A stretch of 64,000 bases of DNA from Macrostomum hystrix (GCA_950097015.1 CATNEN010000025.1:1984001-2048000), one strand, 5' to 3'. Positions 34,874-48,624 are shown, counted from the first letter of the stretch. Translations and numbers: made by a program. The notes: a model not told the origin generated them from the letters alone.

Positions 34874-36061
34874 TCTACCATCAGCCTTTGCGACTATAAA
34901 GGTTTCCATGATGCTAGGCATACAGATATCATTTTCACTCTCCTGGATTACAAATGAGCAATTCTAACTTTTTAAGCCTGCGATAATCATTAGAGTTTTT
35001 ACATTGATGAATAGATTATGATCAAGAAGACTAAGAAATTAAAGACTTCCACGACCCTATAACAGTTAAAAGACCACAGGAGGCTATTTCAACGACCAAC
35101 ATATTTATTTATTTCTGTATCTCCAAAAATATTCAACCAATCACCATTACAACTTTACTCTTTATACGATGAGGCAGTTTCCAGAATGACTGAACATATG
35201 CACCGTCGAGATTTTCAACGATTATTGTCGGGGTGTCTGGTGACGAAAACCAGCAATTTAGGCATATTTTTTCTGCTCCCAAAATGTCATCATTTAATAA
35301 TGTCGGCCATTATTGTTAAGCATATTGTATTAATAATATTGTTCGTTTTTTATATTATTTAACCAATAAGGATTCGCCATAGAGGATACAGAGCAATGTT
35401 AGGTGTCCTTGTCACCAGGGTCTCCGACTAGAATCGTTGAATATCTCGACAATGATTACGTCGGACGGCTTTGAAAGTTAGTTCATTGTAAAGGGCTTAA
35501 AATTTTAATTAAGACTGTGAACTTTAGAGAAAATCGGTCAATCCTCAGGGGGGAATAGCGTGGGAGAGAGATTAAGGGTCTGAGATAAGGGATATGAGAG
35601 ATGACAACTGATATTTCTCCAATGCTGCTGTAGTGCTTAATGATCAGTTTTATTTTTATTACAATTTTACATTTTTTGTTTTAATGTAATGTAATTTTTT
35701 GTATCTTTCCTGCTATCGTTGTTGCTATCGGTCTTTTGTTGTTGTCGCGTCAAAGAATTGTCTTTCCTTTGCTTATCTCGAGTCATTCTGTTGTAAGTTA
35801 GCAATAATCATAGATATGTTGCATACTGCATGCTGCTAACGTTAAAACTTCTACTGTCGAATACGAATCTCATTACAGTTTATGTATTTTGTTTAAGCAG
35901 TTTTTTGTCTATAGAAATATGTTAATATTAGCACCCCAAATTGTTTAATGATAACGATTTATTAATTATAGGGCCCATCAGTAAATACTAATTCTGTCGT
36001 TAAACACTGCTGTTCCTACGAGTATATGCTTCATATTTTAGATGTGATAGTACATTTGATT

Positions 36062-36585
36062 CTAGCTAGATTTGTAGCTAGAATAGCAGCAAGATGGGTA
36101 GCTAGATTTGTAGCTAGAATAGCAGCAAGATGGGTAGCTAGAATAGCAGCAAGATGGGTAGCTAGAATAGCAGCAAGATGGGTAGCTAGAATTGTAGCTA
36201 GAATAGCAGCAAGATGGGTAGCTAGAATTGTAGCTAGAATAGCAGCAAGATGGGTAGCTAGATTTGTAGCTAGAATAGCAGCAAGATGGGTAGCTAGATT
36301 TGTAGCTAGAATAGCAGCAAGATGGGTAGCTAGAATTGTAGCTAGAATAGCAGCAAGATGGGTAGCTAGATTTGTAGCTAGAATAGCAGCAAGATGGGTA
36401 GCTAGATTTGTAGCTAGAATAGCAGCAAGATGGGTAGCTAGATTTGTAGCTAGAATAGCAGCAAGATGGGTAGCTAGATTTGTAGCTAGAATAGCAGCAA
36501 GATGGGTAGCTAGATTTGTAGCTAGGATAGCAGCAAGATGGGTAGCTAGATTTGTAGCTAGAATAGCAGCAAGATTTGTAGCTTG
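36062..36585. repeat. 36-bp minisatellite (TAGCTAGATTTGTAGCTAGAATAGCAGCAAGATGGG)
   Basis: About 15 tandem units between TMCC and NTH1. Confidence 0.95.
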
Positions 36586-37974
36586 CTTAGGTCATTCTAG
36601 AATTATATTCTAGAATACTTTTTATTGCCAGGAGTACACAATAAGATGTCTGTTCAGTGTTTTTTATCTTTAAACTTCCCTATTTAAATTCCATTTTTCT
36701 AAGCAATCAACTCAGAAGAGAAAGTTGGCCAGTTTTCAGAATTTTTTTCGTGCTTTCTCAGCAAATTCGATTCAAATTGTTTAGATTGTGCAATTTTTTA
36801 CTAGTATAAATTCGATGTGCAACCGTTTAGTGTGCGAATTCGAATCCAGTTTTTGTCGAATTTTACTTTTTTCGTGTGGTAGAAACTAAAGATTTCAGTT
36901 TTTAGCTTTTAGGCCACAAATTTAGTCACTATTTTTTTTCTGAAAATTGCATCCGATCTCAATTATTTTCTGATGAAAAATAAAACTGTTAAAACGAATA
37001 TTTTGTTAAGCAGGTTAGTTTACATGATTAGCCCCAGTATGCTGGTTATTTCAGACACACCTGAACTCGTATTAACATGTCTTTTATTGTTCTGTTTTTC
37101 TCCATTTATATTTTCCATTTACACAGCTGGGTAATAAAATACAGACACCGTGTATGTACTGCTGGTTGCACGCGTTGTGTCGGATTTTTTTCAATAATTT
37201 TGATTTTGTATCGTGTCACGAAAATTGAAAATATTTGTCTTTGCTTTATTTTTCCATCTTTTAAGTAAATTAAATTTTACTGACTAAGGTTGTAGTTTAG
37301 AATTTCGTATGAATTATGGACAGCATTCAACACAATATTTATGAGTAGAAAAGCAAGCAGCTTCTGTCACTGCGATTTTTGAAGCAAACTCAACTGTTTT
37401 GAAACTGACAGTTTTCTCTTTAATTTCCCAATCCACCAGCTGACACAGTACAGTCAGCGAGGCTTTTTCGTAATTAGGCGGGATCGAATTTGAGAGTCCG
37501 CATCCTCCGTTGACCATCGCTCTTGCCCGCCTTCCCCCCGCCTTTCCCTCCATTGAGGCAGCTAAAGTGCATGAGGATGTGCTAGAGTTACCTTAAACTT
37601 GTGTGAGTTTGCGAGCTGCGTTCCCAGTTCTCCCATTCCACTATTCAACTCCCTACTTGACTATGTATGACACGCAACTTAAACCAAGCGTTGCTCAGTG
37701 GGACATTGTGTATAATGTGTACTTTTTGTCACTAAAATACTTTCACCCCACAGCTGTAGTCTGCGTGCGTAATAAGCGCGTTTGTGACTAGAGAACTGTG
37801 CTGACAGCTCCTTCAACCAGTCTATCGTCTATCTGTCAATCAATCAAATGGGCTGTCGCACGATCGCGCAATTTTTTTGTGACCGTTGCATTCGGTCATT
37901 CGTTTCTTGCCAACTGGTTGTGAATTATTACTTCGTGCTGGTACTCATCTTACTGTTAGCTGAACTGAATCATT

Positions 37975-38105
37975 AGGTAATTAAGTATACGAGCGTATAT
38001 CGCTCAGGGCTAATTGTTTCTATTGGGTTTAGATTCGAACTCCCGAACTCTTAATATGAATTTCGTAGCTCTAAACACTAAGGACGAAAGACCTAGAGTT
38101 CCAAT
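37975..38105 (-). mobile_element. SINE family 2 head fragment
   Basis: Reverse strand reads TAGTGTTTAGAGC...GGAGTTCGAATCT...CCCTGAGCGATA. Confidence 0.6.
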
Positions 38106-38765
38106 TTACAAGAAGAGATGCGGCTTTATATTAAACAGGATTTTCATTAAAGAATATATTTAGTATATATGACAATCTATTGCCCGATTGAAAATTCGAT
38201 ATATAATAATTTTCACTGTAAAAAACGCGTACAACATTCCTTATTTGTCCTTATGATGCCGCTAACTAGAATTCATCCTATAAGTGAAGAAATCGTAAGC
38301 CTTATCGTAAGCCTTTTCGTAAACAAGATTTTCACTTTGCAATCTATTTAGTATATTAGACTAGCACTTTGCCCCCTCCCCCAGTCTGCAGCTTGAAGGT
38401 CAACTGGAAAAATCTTTGCAAAACGAGTAAAAAGCTGCCGTTTTTTAAGAAGGTTATTTCACTCGGCAGATTTTTTACATTGGACTAATTTCCATTATAC
38501 ACTTTCACACTTTCGAATAATTGTACAATAAAAGTTTGTGTTTAAAATGGATGATTTCCAGACTAAGCTATTTAATGAGAAATGTAACTATTCTGAAATC
38601 CAAGCATATAAACAAGTTAAAGAAAGGGAATAGATCGAGAATGCCACTTATCCAAATGCTATTTAAAGTATCCGTCTTTAGCTAAAATATATTGGATTCA
38701 CAAGCCTGGTTCTCGTACACACTAAGAGTTATTGCGCTAACCGATTCCAACGTCTTAATTTTCAG

Positions 38766-41700
38766 TCGTTTCGTTCGTCGCCGTATTTTCAGTCGGAGCA
38801 GAATCCGACAGCTGAGGCCAAGAGCGCCAAAAAAGGACGAAAGCGTCGCCCAGAATCTGGCGGCCCGAGTGTGCACATCGCCTACGAGGAGGGCGGAGCT
38901 GGCCAAGCCGCCCTGGCTGCCGCGCCGCCGAACTGGCAGGCTCTCTTAAATAATATTCGAACCATGCGAGCTGCTGCCAATGCCCCTGTGGACAGCATGG
39001 GCTGCCACACCCTGGCTGATGCGACCTCCGATCCGCGGGTGAGTTCTGAGAAACTGGGCATGAGACACCAAGCAATTAGATAGGAGAAAAGATGAAGAAT
39101 CTAGCTGATAGAGAACAAAACCAAGAGGTCAACGAGAGAGGTCGAGAAAGTGAAGAAGCGGGAGAGAGAAGACACGGGAAATAGATGGGACAGGAGAGAG
39201 GTGAGACGGAAGATAGCAGAGACGAGAGATAGATGAGGGGAAACGGAAGAGATGAGACGGGAGAGAGAAGAGACGGAAAATAGATGAGACGGAAAATAGA
39301 GAAGCTGGGAAAGAGAAGAGACGGAAAATAGACAAGCTGGGAGAGAGAAGAGACGGGAAATAGAAAAGCTGGGAGAGAGAAGAGACGGGAAATAGATAAG
39401 CTGGGAGAGAGAAGAGACGGAAAATAGATGAGACGGAAAATAGAGAAGCTGGGAAAGAGAAGAGACGGAAAATAGAGAAGCTGGGAGAGAGAAGAGACGG
39501 GAAATAGATGAGACAGGAGAGAGAAGAGACGGGAAATAGATAAGCTGGGAGAGAGACGAGACGGGTAATAGATAAGCTGGGAGAGAGAAGAGACGGGAAA
39601 TAGATGAGACAGGAGAGAGAAGAGACGGGAAATAGAAAAGCTGGGAGAGAGAAGAGACGGGAAATAGAGAAGCTGGGAGAGAGAAGAGACGGGAAATAGA
39701 TGAGACAGGAGAGAGAAGAGACGGGAAATAGAAAAGCTGGGAGAGAGAAGAGACGGGAAATAGATAAGCTGGGAGAGAGAAGAGACGGGAAATAGATGAG
39801 ACAGGAGAGAGAAGAGACGGGTAATAGATAAGCTGGGAGAGAGAAGAGACGGGAAATAGATAAGCTGGGAGAGAGAAGAGACGGGAAATAGATGAGACAG
39901 GAGAGAGAAGAGACGGGTAATAGATAAGCTGGGAGAGAGAAGAGACGGGAAATTGATGAGACAGGAGAGAGAAGAGACGGGAAATAGATAAGCTGGGAGA
40001 GAGAAGAGACGGGAAATAGATAAGCTGGGAGAGAGAAGAGACGGGAAATTGATGAGACAGGAGAGAGAAGAGACGGGAAATAGATAAGCTGGGAGAGAGA
40101 AGAGACGGGAAATAGATAAGCTGGGAGAGAGAAGAGACGGGAAATAGATGAGACAGGAGAGCGAAGAGACGGGGGGATGCACAAGTCTGGATATGGAGGA
40201 GAAAGCAAAGAAGAGTCGAAAGGAAAAGTAAAAGAATAAAGCTTGGATAGCGAGATCAGTGAGAGAGTATGGGTACTGAATTAGGTTGTGGGTGTTTCGG
40301 TTGGATTCCATGCAAGCAGGAAGAAAGCTACTCAAACTAAATTAGCTGCTCGACTTAGTTCGCTTCTCCAGCCCCAAGTCCCTCCTTTCTCTACTCTATC
40401 TTCATCCCAACCACGCGATCTACTTTGGCGAGAATTGACCATTCGGACCGAACTAATGCTTTCCACTCCCCCAGTGTTCCTTTATCTACTCACTCATATA
40501 GAGGCCGGTAGTCCCACTCGATAAGCCCGTCTGAGACTGACCCGCCTGGCCCACTAGAATAATAAAGGGCATTATATTGTGTGCACTTGAATTGCCTTTT
40601 AACTGAATTTTTCTCCCTGATTTCATAAATTAATGAAATTGAATGAATGACCAGCTAGAGATATTGTGCGCTTAAGAGATATACAGGAATAATCTGTATT
40701 CTCGGATAGATAATATGGAATCAGTTTCGCAGCAGTCAGAATTCCCCAGAGATTGTTATAGACAGAGAATAAAGCTAATTATCTTAAGGAATCTGATTTC
40801 AACCCAGTTAAATATTGGAAAGACAGTCGAGAGTGCCTTAGGTATAAAGGATTCTACTCGTCGTAACTACGAGAAACATTTCTGAGGATACAATTCGAGC
40901 CATATCGACCCACTCACGATTCAAGTTTGTTGGCTGCTCATTAGGGTCTCATTACTATTATTTCTGATAAAAATTCTAAGTGATAAAGACATCTGTCCCC
41001 AATCTTCACTGCTATCTATCCCCAATCCTCACCGTGATCTGTCCCCAATCCTCACTGTGATCTGTCCCCAATCCTCACCGTGATCTGTCCCCAATCCTCA
41101 CTGTGATCTGTCCCCAATCCTCACCGTGATCTGTCCCCAATCCTCACTGTGACCTGTCCCCAATCCTCACTGTGATCTGTCCCCAATCCTCACTGTGATC
41201 TGTCCCCAATCCTCCCCGTGATCTGTCCCTAATCCTCACTGTGATCTGTCCCCAATCCTCACTGTGATCTGTCGCCAATACTCACCGTGATCTGTCCCCA
41301 ATCCTCACCGTGATCTGTCCCCAATCCTCACCGTGATCTGTCCCCAATCCTCACCGTGATCTGTCCCCAATCCTCACCGTGATCTGTCCCCAATCCTCAC
41401 CGTGATCTGTCCCCAATCCTCACCGTGATCTGTCCCCAATCCTCACTGTGATCTGTCCCCAATCCTCAGTGTGATCTGTCCCCAATCCTCACCGTGATCT
41501 GTCCCCAATCCTCCCCGTGATCTGTCCCTAATCCTCACTGTGATCTGTCGCCAATCCTCACTGTGATCTGTCCCCAATCCTCACCGTGATCTGTCCCCAA
41601 TCCTCACTGTGATCTGTCCCCAATCCTCCCCGTGATCTGTCCCTAATCCTCACTGTGATCTGTCCCCAATCCTCACCGTGATCTGTCCCCAATCCTCACC

Positions 41701-44700
41701 GTGATCTGTCCCCAATCCTCACTGTGATCTGTCCCCAATCCTCAGTGTGATCTGTCCCCAATCCTCACCGTGATCTGTCCCCAATCCTCCCCGTGATCTG
41801 TCCCTAATCCTCACTGTGATCTGTCGCCAATCCTCACCGTGATCTGTCCCCAATCCTCACCGTGATCTGTCCCCAATCCTCACCGTGATCTGTCCCCAAT
41901 CCTCACCGTGATCTGTCCCCAATCCTCACTGTGATCTGTCCCCAATCATCACAGAGATCTATAGATCTATCGGCTATCCTCACAGAGGATCTGTCCCCAA
42001 TCCTCAGTGTGATCTGTCCCCAATCCTCACCGTGATCTGTCCCCAATCCTCCCCGTGATCTGTCCCTAATCCTCACTGTGATCTGTCGCCAATCCTCACC
42101 GTGATCTGTCCCCAATCCTCACCGTGATCTGTCCCCAATCCTCACCGTGATCTGTCCCCAATCCTCACCGTGATCTGTCCCCAATCCTCACTGTGATCTG
42201 TCCCCAATCATCACAGAGATCTATAGATCTATCGGCTATCCTCACAGAGGATCTGTCCCCAATCCTCACTGTGATCTGTCCCCAATCCTCACCGTAATCT
42301 GTCCCCAATCCTCACCGTGATCTGTCCCCAATCCTCACCGTGATCTGTCCCCAATCCTCACTGTGATCTGTCCCCAATCCTCACTGTGATCTGTCCCCAA
42401 TCATCACAGAGATCTATAGATCTATCGGCTATCCTCACAGAGGATCTGTCCCTAATCCTCACCGTGATCTGTCCCCAATCCTCACTGTGATCTGTCCCCA
42501 ATCCTCACTGTGATCTGTCCCCAATCCTCACTGTGATCTGTCCCCAATCATCACAGAGATCTTTAGATCTATCGGCTATCCTCACAGAGGATCTGTCCCC
42601 AATCCTCACCGTGATCTGTCCCCCAATCCTCACTGTGATCTGTCCCCAATCCTCACCGTGATCTGTCCCCAATCCTCACTGTGATCTGTCCCCAATCCTC
42701 ACTGTGATCTGTTCCTAATCCTCACTGTGATCTGTCCCTAATCCTCACTGTGATCTGTCCCCAATCCTCACCGTGATCTGTCCCCAATCCTCACTGTGAT
42801 CTGTCCCCAATCCTCACTGTGATCTGTCCCCAATCCTCCCCGTGATCTGTCCCTAATCCTCACTGTGATCTGTCCCCAATCCTCACTGTGATCTGTCGCC
42901 AATACTCACCGTGATCTGTCCCCAATCCTCACCGTGATCTGTCCCCAATCCTCACCGTGATCTGTCCCCAATCCTCACCGTGATCTGTCCCCAATCCTCA
43001 CCGTGATCTGTCCCCAATCCTCACCGTGATCTGTCCCCAATCCTCACCGTGATCTGTCCCCAATCCTCACTGTGATCTGTCCCCAATCCTCACTGTGATC
43101 TGTCCCCAATCCTCAGTGTGATCTGTCCCCAATCCTCACCGTGATCTGTCCCCAATCCTCACTGTGATCTGTCCCCAATCCTCACTGTGATCTGTCCCCA
43201 ATCCTCACTGTGATCTGTCCCCAATCCTCACTGTGATCTGTCCCCAATCCTCACTGTGATCTGTCCCCAATCCTCACTGTGATCTGTCCCCAATCCTCAC
43301 TGTGATCTGTCCCCAATCCTCACTGTGATCTGTCCCCAATCCTCACTGTGATCTGTCCCCAATCCTCACTGTGATCTGTCCCCAATCATCACAGAGATCT
43401 ATAGATCTATCGGCTATCCTCACAGAGGATCTGTCCCCAATCCTCACCGTGATCTGTCCCCAATCCTCACTGTGATCTGTCCCCAATCCTCACTGTGATC
43501 TGTCCCCAATCATCACAGAGATCTATAGATCTATCGGCTATCCTCACAGAGGATCTGTCCCCAATCCTCACCGTGATCTGTCCCCAATCCTCACCGTGAT
43601 CTGTCCCCAATCCTCACTGTGATCTGCAAGACAAGCCCCCAAGCCTTGTTTAGGCGGCTGCGTCCCAAATGAATGTGGCCTCGCCGCAGAATCGAGCTCA
43701 GGGACCTTGGTGCGAGAGGCAAACGCGTTATACCGCTCTGCCAGTCCCTCCCATCCTTCAGAGATATCGCTCAGACAGTATTAGTATTGAAATGGCCAAG
43801 TTTTAGCTAATAGTACAAAGGATTTTAGTATTATGGGGCTTCCACGCCCACGCGCTAGGCGGATTCTGTTCCCCTCCATCAGTTTAGGCCGGTGCGTGGG
43901 ATATTTCTTTAACGATTTTTCGAGTGCTTTTTGTGCCAATTTTCCATTCCGAGATGCGAAGCGACAGTAAAACAAATAAGTCTAGTTAAAATGGTTCAAA
44001 ATGTTGACATTCTAGAGGTGTGGCAACTCAATTATTGTTTCAAAAGGATGCGCAAGATAAAAATCTTTGCCCGGGAATTTCCTGTGCCTTCGTTCCACCG
44101 TGGCTCAGTGAAAAATTTTGTCGAAATAAAATCTAGGCACTTCTACAGTTAACGAAGGAATATACAAGTATTTATGTTTGCCCTCCTCCTAGGGGGTGAG
44201 TGGCAGAGCGGTATAACGCGTTTGCCTCTCGCAACAAGGTCCCTGAGCTCGATTCCGCGGCGAGGCCACATTTATTTGGGGCGCAGCCGCGGAGAGAAGT
44301 CTTGGGGGTTGTCGTGCAATTTACACCCTTGAGGGCCAATCTCCAAGGCACAGTGAGTGTACACTGCCTGACAATGAGAAAGTCAGGGCAGATGTACACA
44401 AGCGTGTGAATTTGTGCTCAGGAGTCAGCGAAATGGGCAGAATTGCCTCCTCGCTGGCTGCGGGTCTAGTGTCACCGAATGGTGTGTCATTGCCCACAGC
44501 CCTCCTGCAATTATTATTTTTTTTTATTTTTTTTTATTATCATTATTGCCTCCTCCTACAGACATTTCGCTACCAAGTGCTGCTGTCGCTGATGCTCTCT
44601 AGCCAGACTAAAGACGAAGTGACCGCCGCCGCCATGGCCAGGCTGAGGCAGCACGGCTGCACTCTGGACAATATTCTGGCCACGGACAATGCCGAACTGG

Positions 44701-47700
44701 GTCGCCTCATCTATCCTGTGGGATTCTGGAAGGTGACTCGCTTAATCCGATCTCAGTCCGTGGACTTGGAGGCCGCCACGCCCACCCTAGGGTCCAACCA
44801 GGCTGATGCTGGGTCCCATCTTACAGCAGAACGAACTGAACTAAGTGCCTTGCTCAAGTACACAGATTTGCTGAGATTCGAACTCCGGCCCTCATCTAGC
44901 TCAGCTCAATCTTACACTCTTCCATCTATTCCCCTTTCTCTCCAGCCTACAACACAGTCGCCACTCTCTTTTATTTTCTCCCTTAGATTAAAACAGGAAA
45001 TGTTGGAAATCGAGCTATTTTGCATTTTCTCTATTCTACTCAATAGTTACACTCAGTCTCTTTTCAGTGCTGCATTCCCAAACGCATCGTTACGAGCCAC
45101 GGCGTGTCTTCATCTTGTTCGCCCTCTGCCCTTTTGCAACTCCCTACTAAAATTGGCCGCAACATCCTCTTTGCTTTTCCTTCGGCTCAAAATTTACTGT
45201 CGGGATTCGGAATTAATTCTGAGTTGCCGCCACCGCGGCCCGCTGCTTCCATTCCCGTCCCCTGACTTTTCTCTTTATTATTTAGATGGATTTTTTATTC
45301 CGCATTTTATTCCCCTCCGTGCTAGACTTCTCCCTTCGCTTTGATGTTCTCGCGCCGCTGTTTTGGTGTCGCCTGTGTTAGCAGTTTGCCCTCCGGGAAG
45401 CGGATTCTAAGATTGCTGCTTGTAGTGCAACCGAGTCGCCTAGACCAGACCGCTTTTTCCTATCTTTTCGTCGCAAATTTTTGCTGTGCATTTTTCTGGC
45501 CCTGTACTTTCCTTACTTTCTGGCCGCTACTTTTGTAACGACTAAGTGAATTGTTTGTGGTATGTGTGAATGTCACTCACTGATCTGAGTGTCAGTTCTA
45601 GGTCTTGGAAGATCTCCCCCAGTCCTCTATCCACTGCCCTCCATCTCTCCCCCAGTCCTCTACCCACTGCCCTCCATCTCTCTCCCAGTCCTCTACCAAC
45701 TGCCCTCCATCTCTCTCCCAGTCCTCTATCCACTGCCCTCCATCTCTCTCCCAGTCCTCTACCAACTGCCCTCCATCTCTCCCCCAGTCCTCTATCCACT
45801 GCCCTCCATCTCTCTCCCAGTCCTCTACCAACTGCCCTCCATCTCTCCCCCAGTCCTCTATCCACTGCCCTCTATCTCTCCCCCAGTCCTCTATCCACTG
45901 CCCTCCATCTCTCCCCCAGTCCTCTACCCACTGCCCTCCATCTCTCTCCCAGTCCTCTACCAACTGCCCTCCATCTCTCCCCCAGTCCTCTACCAACTGC
46001 CCTCCATCTCTCCCCCAGTCCTCTACCAACTGCCCTCCATCTCTCCCCCAGTCCTCTATCCACTGCCCTCCATCTCTCCCCCAGTCCTCTATCCACTGCC
46101 CTCCATCTCTCCCCCAGTCCTCTACCAACTGCCCTCCATCTCTCCCCCAGTCCTCTACCAACTGCCCTCCATCTCTCCCCCAGTCCTCTACCCACTGCCC
46201 TCCATCTCTCTCCCAGTCCTCTACCCACTGCCCTCCATCTCTCCCCCAGTCCTCTACCAACTGCCCTCCATCTCTCCCCCAGTCCTCTATCCACTGCCCT
46301 CCATCTCTCCCCCAGTCCTCTACCCACTGCCTTCCATCTCTCCCCCAGTCATCTACCAACTGCCCTCCATCTCTCCCCCAGTCATCTACCAACTGCCCTC
46401 CATCTCTCCCCCAGTCCTCTACCCACTGCCCTCCATCTCTCTCCCAGTCCTCTACCCACTGCCCTCCATCTCTCCCCCAGTCCTCTACCAACTGCCCTCC
46501 ATCTCTCCCCCAGTCCTCTACCCACTGCCCTCCATCTCTCTCCCAGTCCTCTATCCACTGCCCTCCATCTCTCTCCCCCAGTCTCTACCCTCTTGCCCTC
46601 CATCTCTCTCCCCCAGTCCTGTACCCACTGCCCTCCATCTCTCTCCCCGAGTCCTCTACCCCCTGCCCTCCATCTCTCTCCCCCAGTCCTCTACCCTCTT
46701 GCCCTCCATCTCTCTCCCCCAGTCCTGTACCCACTGCCCTCCATCTCTCCCCCCCAGTCCTGTACCCACTGCCGCCATTTCTGTACCCAAAAGCAAATCG
46801 CTTAGTCCGAATGAATGACTTTCAGAAAAAGGTGGACTACATCAAACGAGCCAGTCAGGCTTTGAAGGATCAGCACGCCGGCGACATACCCGACAGCGTC
46901 GAGGGGCTGTGCAGCCTACCCGGCGTCGGGCCAAAGATGGCCCACATTGCAATGCGCTGCGCCTGGGATCGTCTGACTGGCATTGGCGTGGACACTCACG
47001 TGCACAGAATCTCCGGCCGCCTGGGCTGGACTAAACTAGCCAAGGAGCCCGAGGATACCAGGAAACAGCTCGAGGCCTGGCTGCCCATGTGAGACACCTG
47101 CTAATAGGCTTAGTTCCTATCACTCTTGCTGCTGAATGCTCTAACTGACTTAAGGGAATTCAAAAGCGTTTGCCCTACTATAGTAACTAGCCGATATGTA
47201 TCGAAATAGTTGTAATCAGGGTAACCGACTTTTAGCTTTAATGTTCAGAGCAAGATAAATAAATTATCTTATTGAGGTAGACAGTTAATTCGCCTTTACC
47301 CAGCTGTACAATAAACACCCAGATTATCTGGAATAGAGGTTAGTATGTGGATGCTCTAAGTCCATGAACTAAACAGCTGTACGCGGCCTTTGAATGTGAA
47401 ATGCCAAAGGAGGTTGCGTGCGATTTTCATCTAGAAATTGACAGATCTACTCACTTAGGAATAAAGTTTTTATATTGCATCTGATACATCCTACTCACTA
47501 GTAGGCTAACCCATTTTTTATGAAAACACCAAAAAACACATGCTTTCCAGAGAGCATTGGTCCGAAGTCAACCAGCTGCTAGTGGGTTTCGGTCAGCAGC
47601 TGTGCACCCCAGTGAATCCCAGGTGCTCGGACTGTCTTAATAAGGACATCTGTCCCAGCTCCAAGGCCGGCAGTAGCGCCAGCAAAATAGGCAAAAGCAG

Positions 47701-47737
47701 CAGCAAGAATAAGAAGGCCAAGCAGAGCCAATCTTAA
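38766..47737 (+). CDS. NTH1: Endonuclease III-like DNA glycosylase (first exon not resolved)
   Basis: Exons 38766 (or 38793)-39038, 44562-44732, 46826-47088, 47551-47737. Motifs [24 protein letters not shown], Hh[10 protein letters not shown] (catalytic Lys), [10 protein letters not shown] (catalytic Asp), FeS cluster [18 protein letters not shown]. Confidence 0.95.
39150..40170. repeat. About 32-bp GA-rich minisatellite
   Basis: Alternating ACGGGAAATAGATAAGCTGGGAGAGAGAAGAG and ACGGGAAATAGATGAGACAGGAGAGAGAAGAG units. Confidence 0.94.
41010..43626. repeat. 23-bp minisatellite (CTCACCGTGATCTGTCCCCAATC)
   Basis: 2.6 kb array with recurrent variant inserts. Confidence 0.96.
43627..43752 (-). 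mobile_element. SINE family 1, copy 3 (3' truncated)
   Basis: Head and proximal body only; abuts the 23-bp array. Confidence 0.85.
44192..44548 (+). mobile_element. SINE family 1, copy 4 (full length, with TSD)
   Basis: A-box TGGCAGAGCGG, B-box-like GAGCTCGATTCC, T/ATT tail, TSD CCTCCTCCTA at 44182-44191 and 44549-44558. Confidence 0.92.
45612..46770. repeat. 33-bp CT-rich minisatellite
   Basis: CTCCATCTCTCCCCCAGTCCTCTACCCACTGCC units in NTH1 intron 44733-46825. Confidence 0.95.
47280..47400 (+). mobile_element. SINE family 2 body fragment
   Basis: ACCCAGCTGT...AGTCCATGAACTAAACAGCTGTACGC matches 59400-59490. Confidence 0.55.
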
Positions 47738-48195
47738 GCGGAGTTATGAAACTTCTCTCCTATTACTAACAGAAGTGTGCATGTGTAGTAGCGAGTTTAT
47801 TTAGTTTCCGGAACTTTTTGCATTTGGATGGCGCTCGATTCGAGTGCAAAAATTATCTTTTTTTCTCACTTTATCCCATTATCCCATTTCCCAATTAAGA
47901 CTTTGCAGTCTAGCTGTTTGTTAAAATATAGCGATTGTATGACTTTCGCAGCATTTTAGCCTTCTTAAGTTTTTTTAGACAAAACGAAACAGAAAACTGT
48001 TTTTTTTCTTTCTGAAAACTGGCTTGAACACGTTTTTTGCAGATAAACAAATATTTTATGCAGCTTATATTTCAAACGAAGCATCTTAATAAGCAAAAAT
48101 TAACAAAAAATAACTTAATTAGCACAATTGCAACCAGGTAGGTTGTGATAAGTTTATGCAGTTTGTAGTATTGTATGTATATAATATACAATATA

Positions 48196-48515
48196 CTTCC
48201 CTTCTTTCCTCTCTCCTTTATTCCCTCTCTACTATCTTCCCTCTCTACTATCTTCCCTCTCTCCTTTCTTCCCTCTCTCCTATCTTCCCTCTCTCCTATC
48301 TTCCCTCTCTCCTATCTTCCCTCTCTCCCTTCTTCCCTCTCTCCTATCTTCCCTCTCTCCTTTATTCCCTCTCTCCTTTATTCCCTCTCTCCTTTCTTCC
48401 CTCTCTCCTATCTTCCCTCTCTCCTTTATTCCCTCTCTCCTTTATTCCCTCTCTCCTTTCTTCCCTCTCTACTATCTCCCCTCTCTCCTTTCTTCCCTCT
48501 CTCCTTTCTTCCTTC
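48196..48515. repeat. CT-rich minisatellite
   Basis: CTTCCCTCTCTCCT(A/T)T-type units. Confidence 0.9.
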
Positions 48516-48624
48516 CCACATATCTGGATCGCATTCTAGCTGGCAGGAAAACATAAAAATCGACTCGTAGCATAGAGTGTTCGAAAAAAGCCGAACTTCA
48601 AGCAAGCACACTACTGCAAGTAGT

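Noticed and set aside
37314-37553. 79-aa minus-strand ORF
   Set aside because: No domain signal; it overlaps a GC-box-rich stretch more consistent with the NTH1 upstream region.
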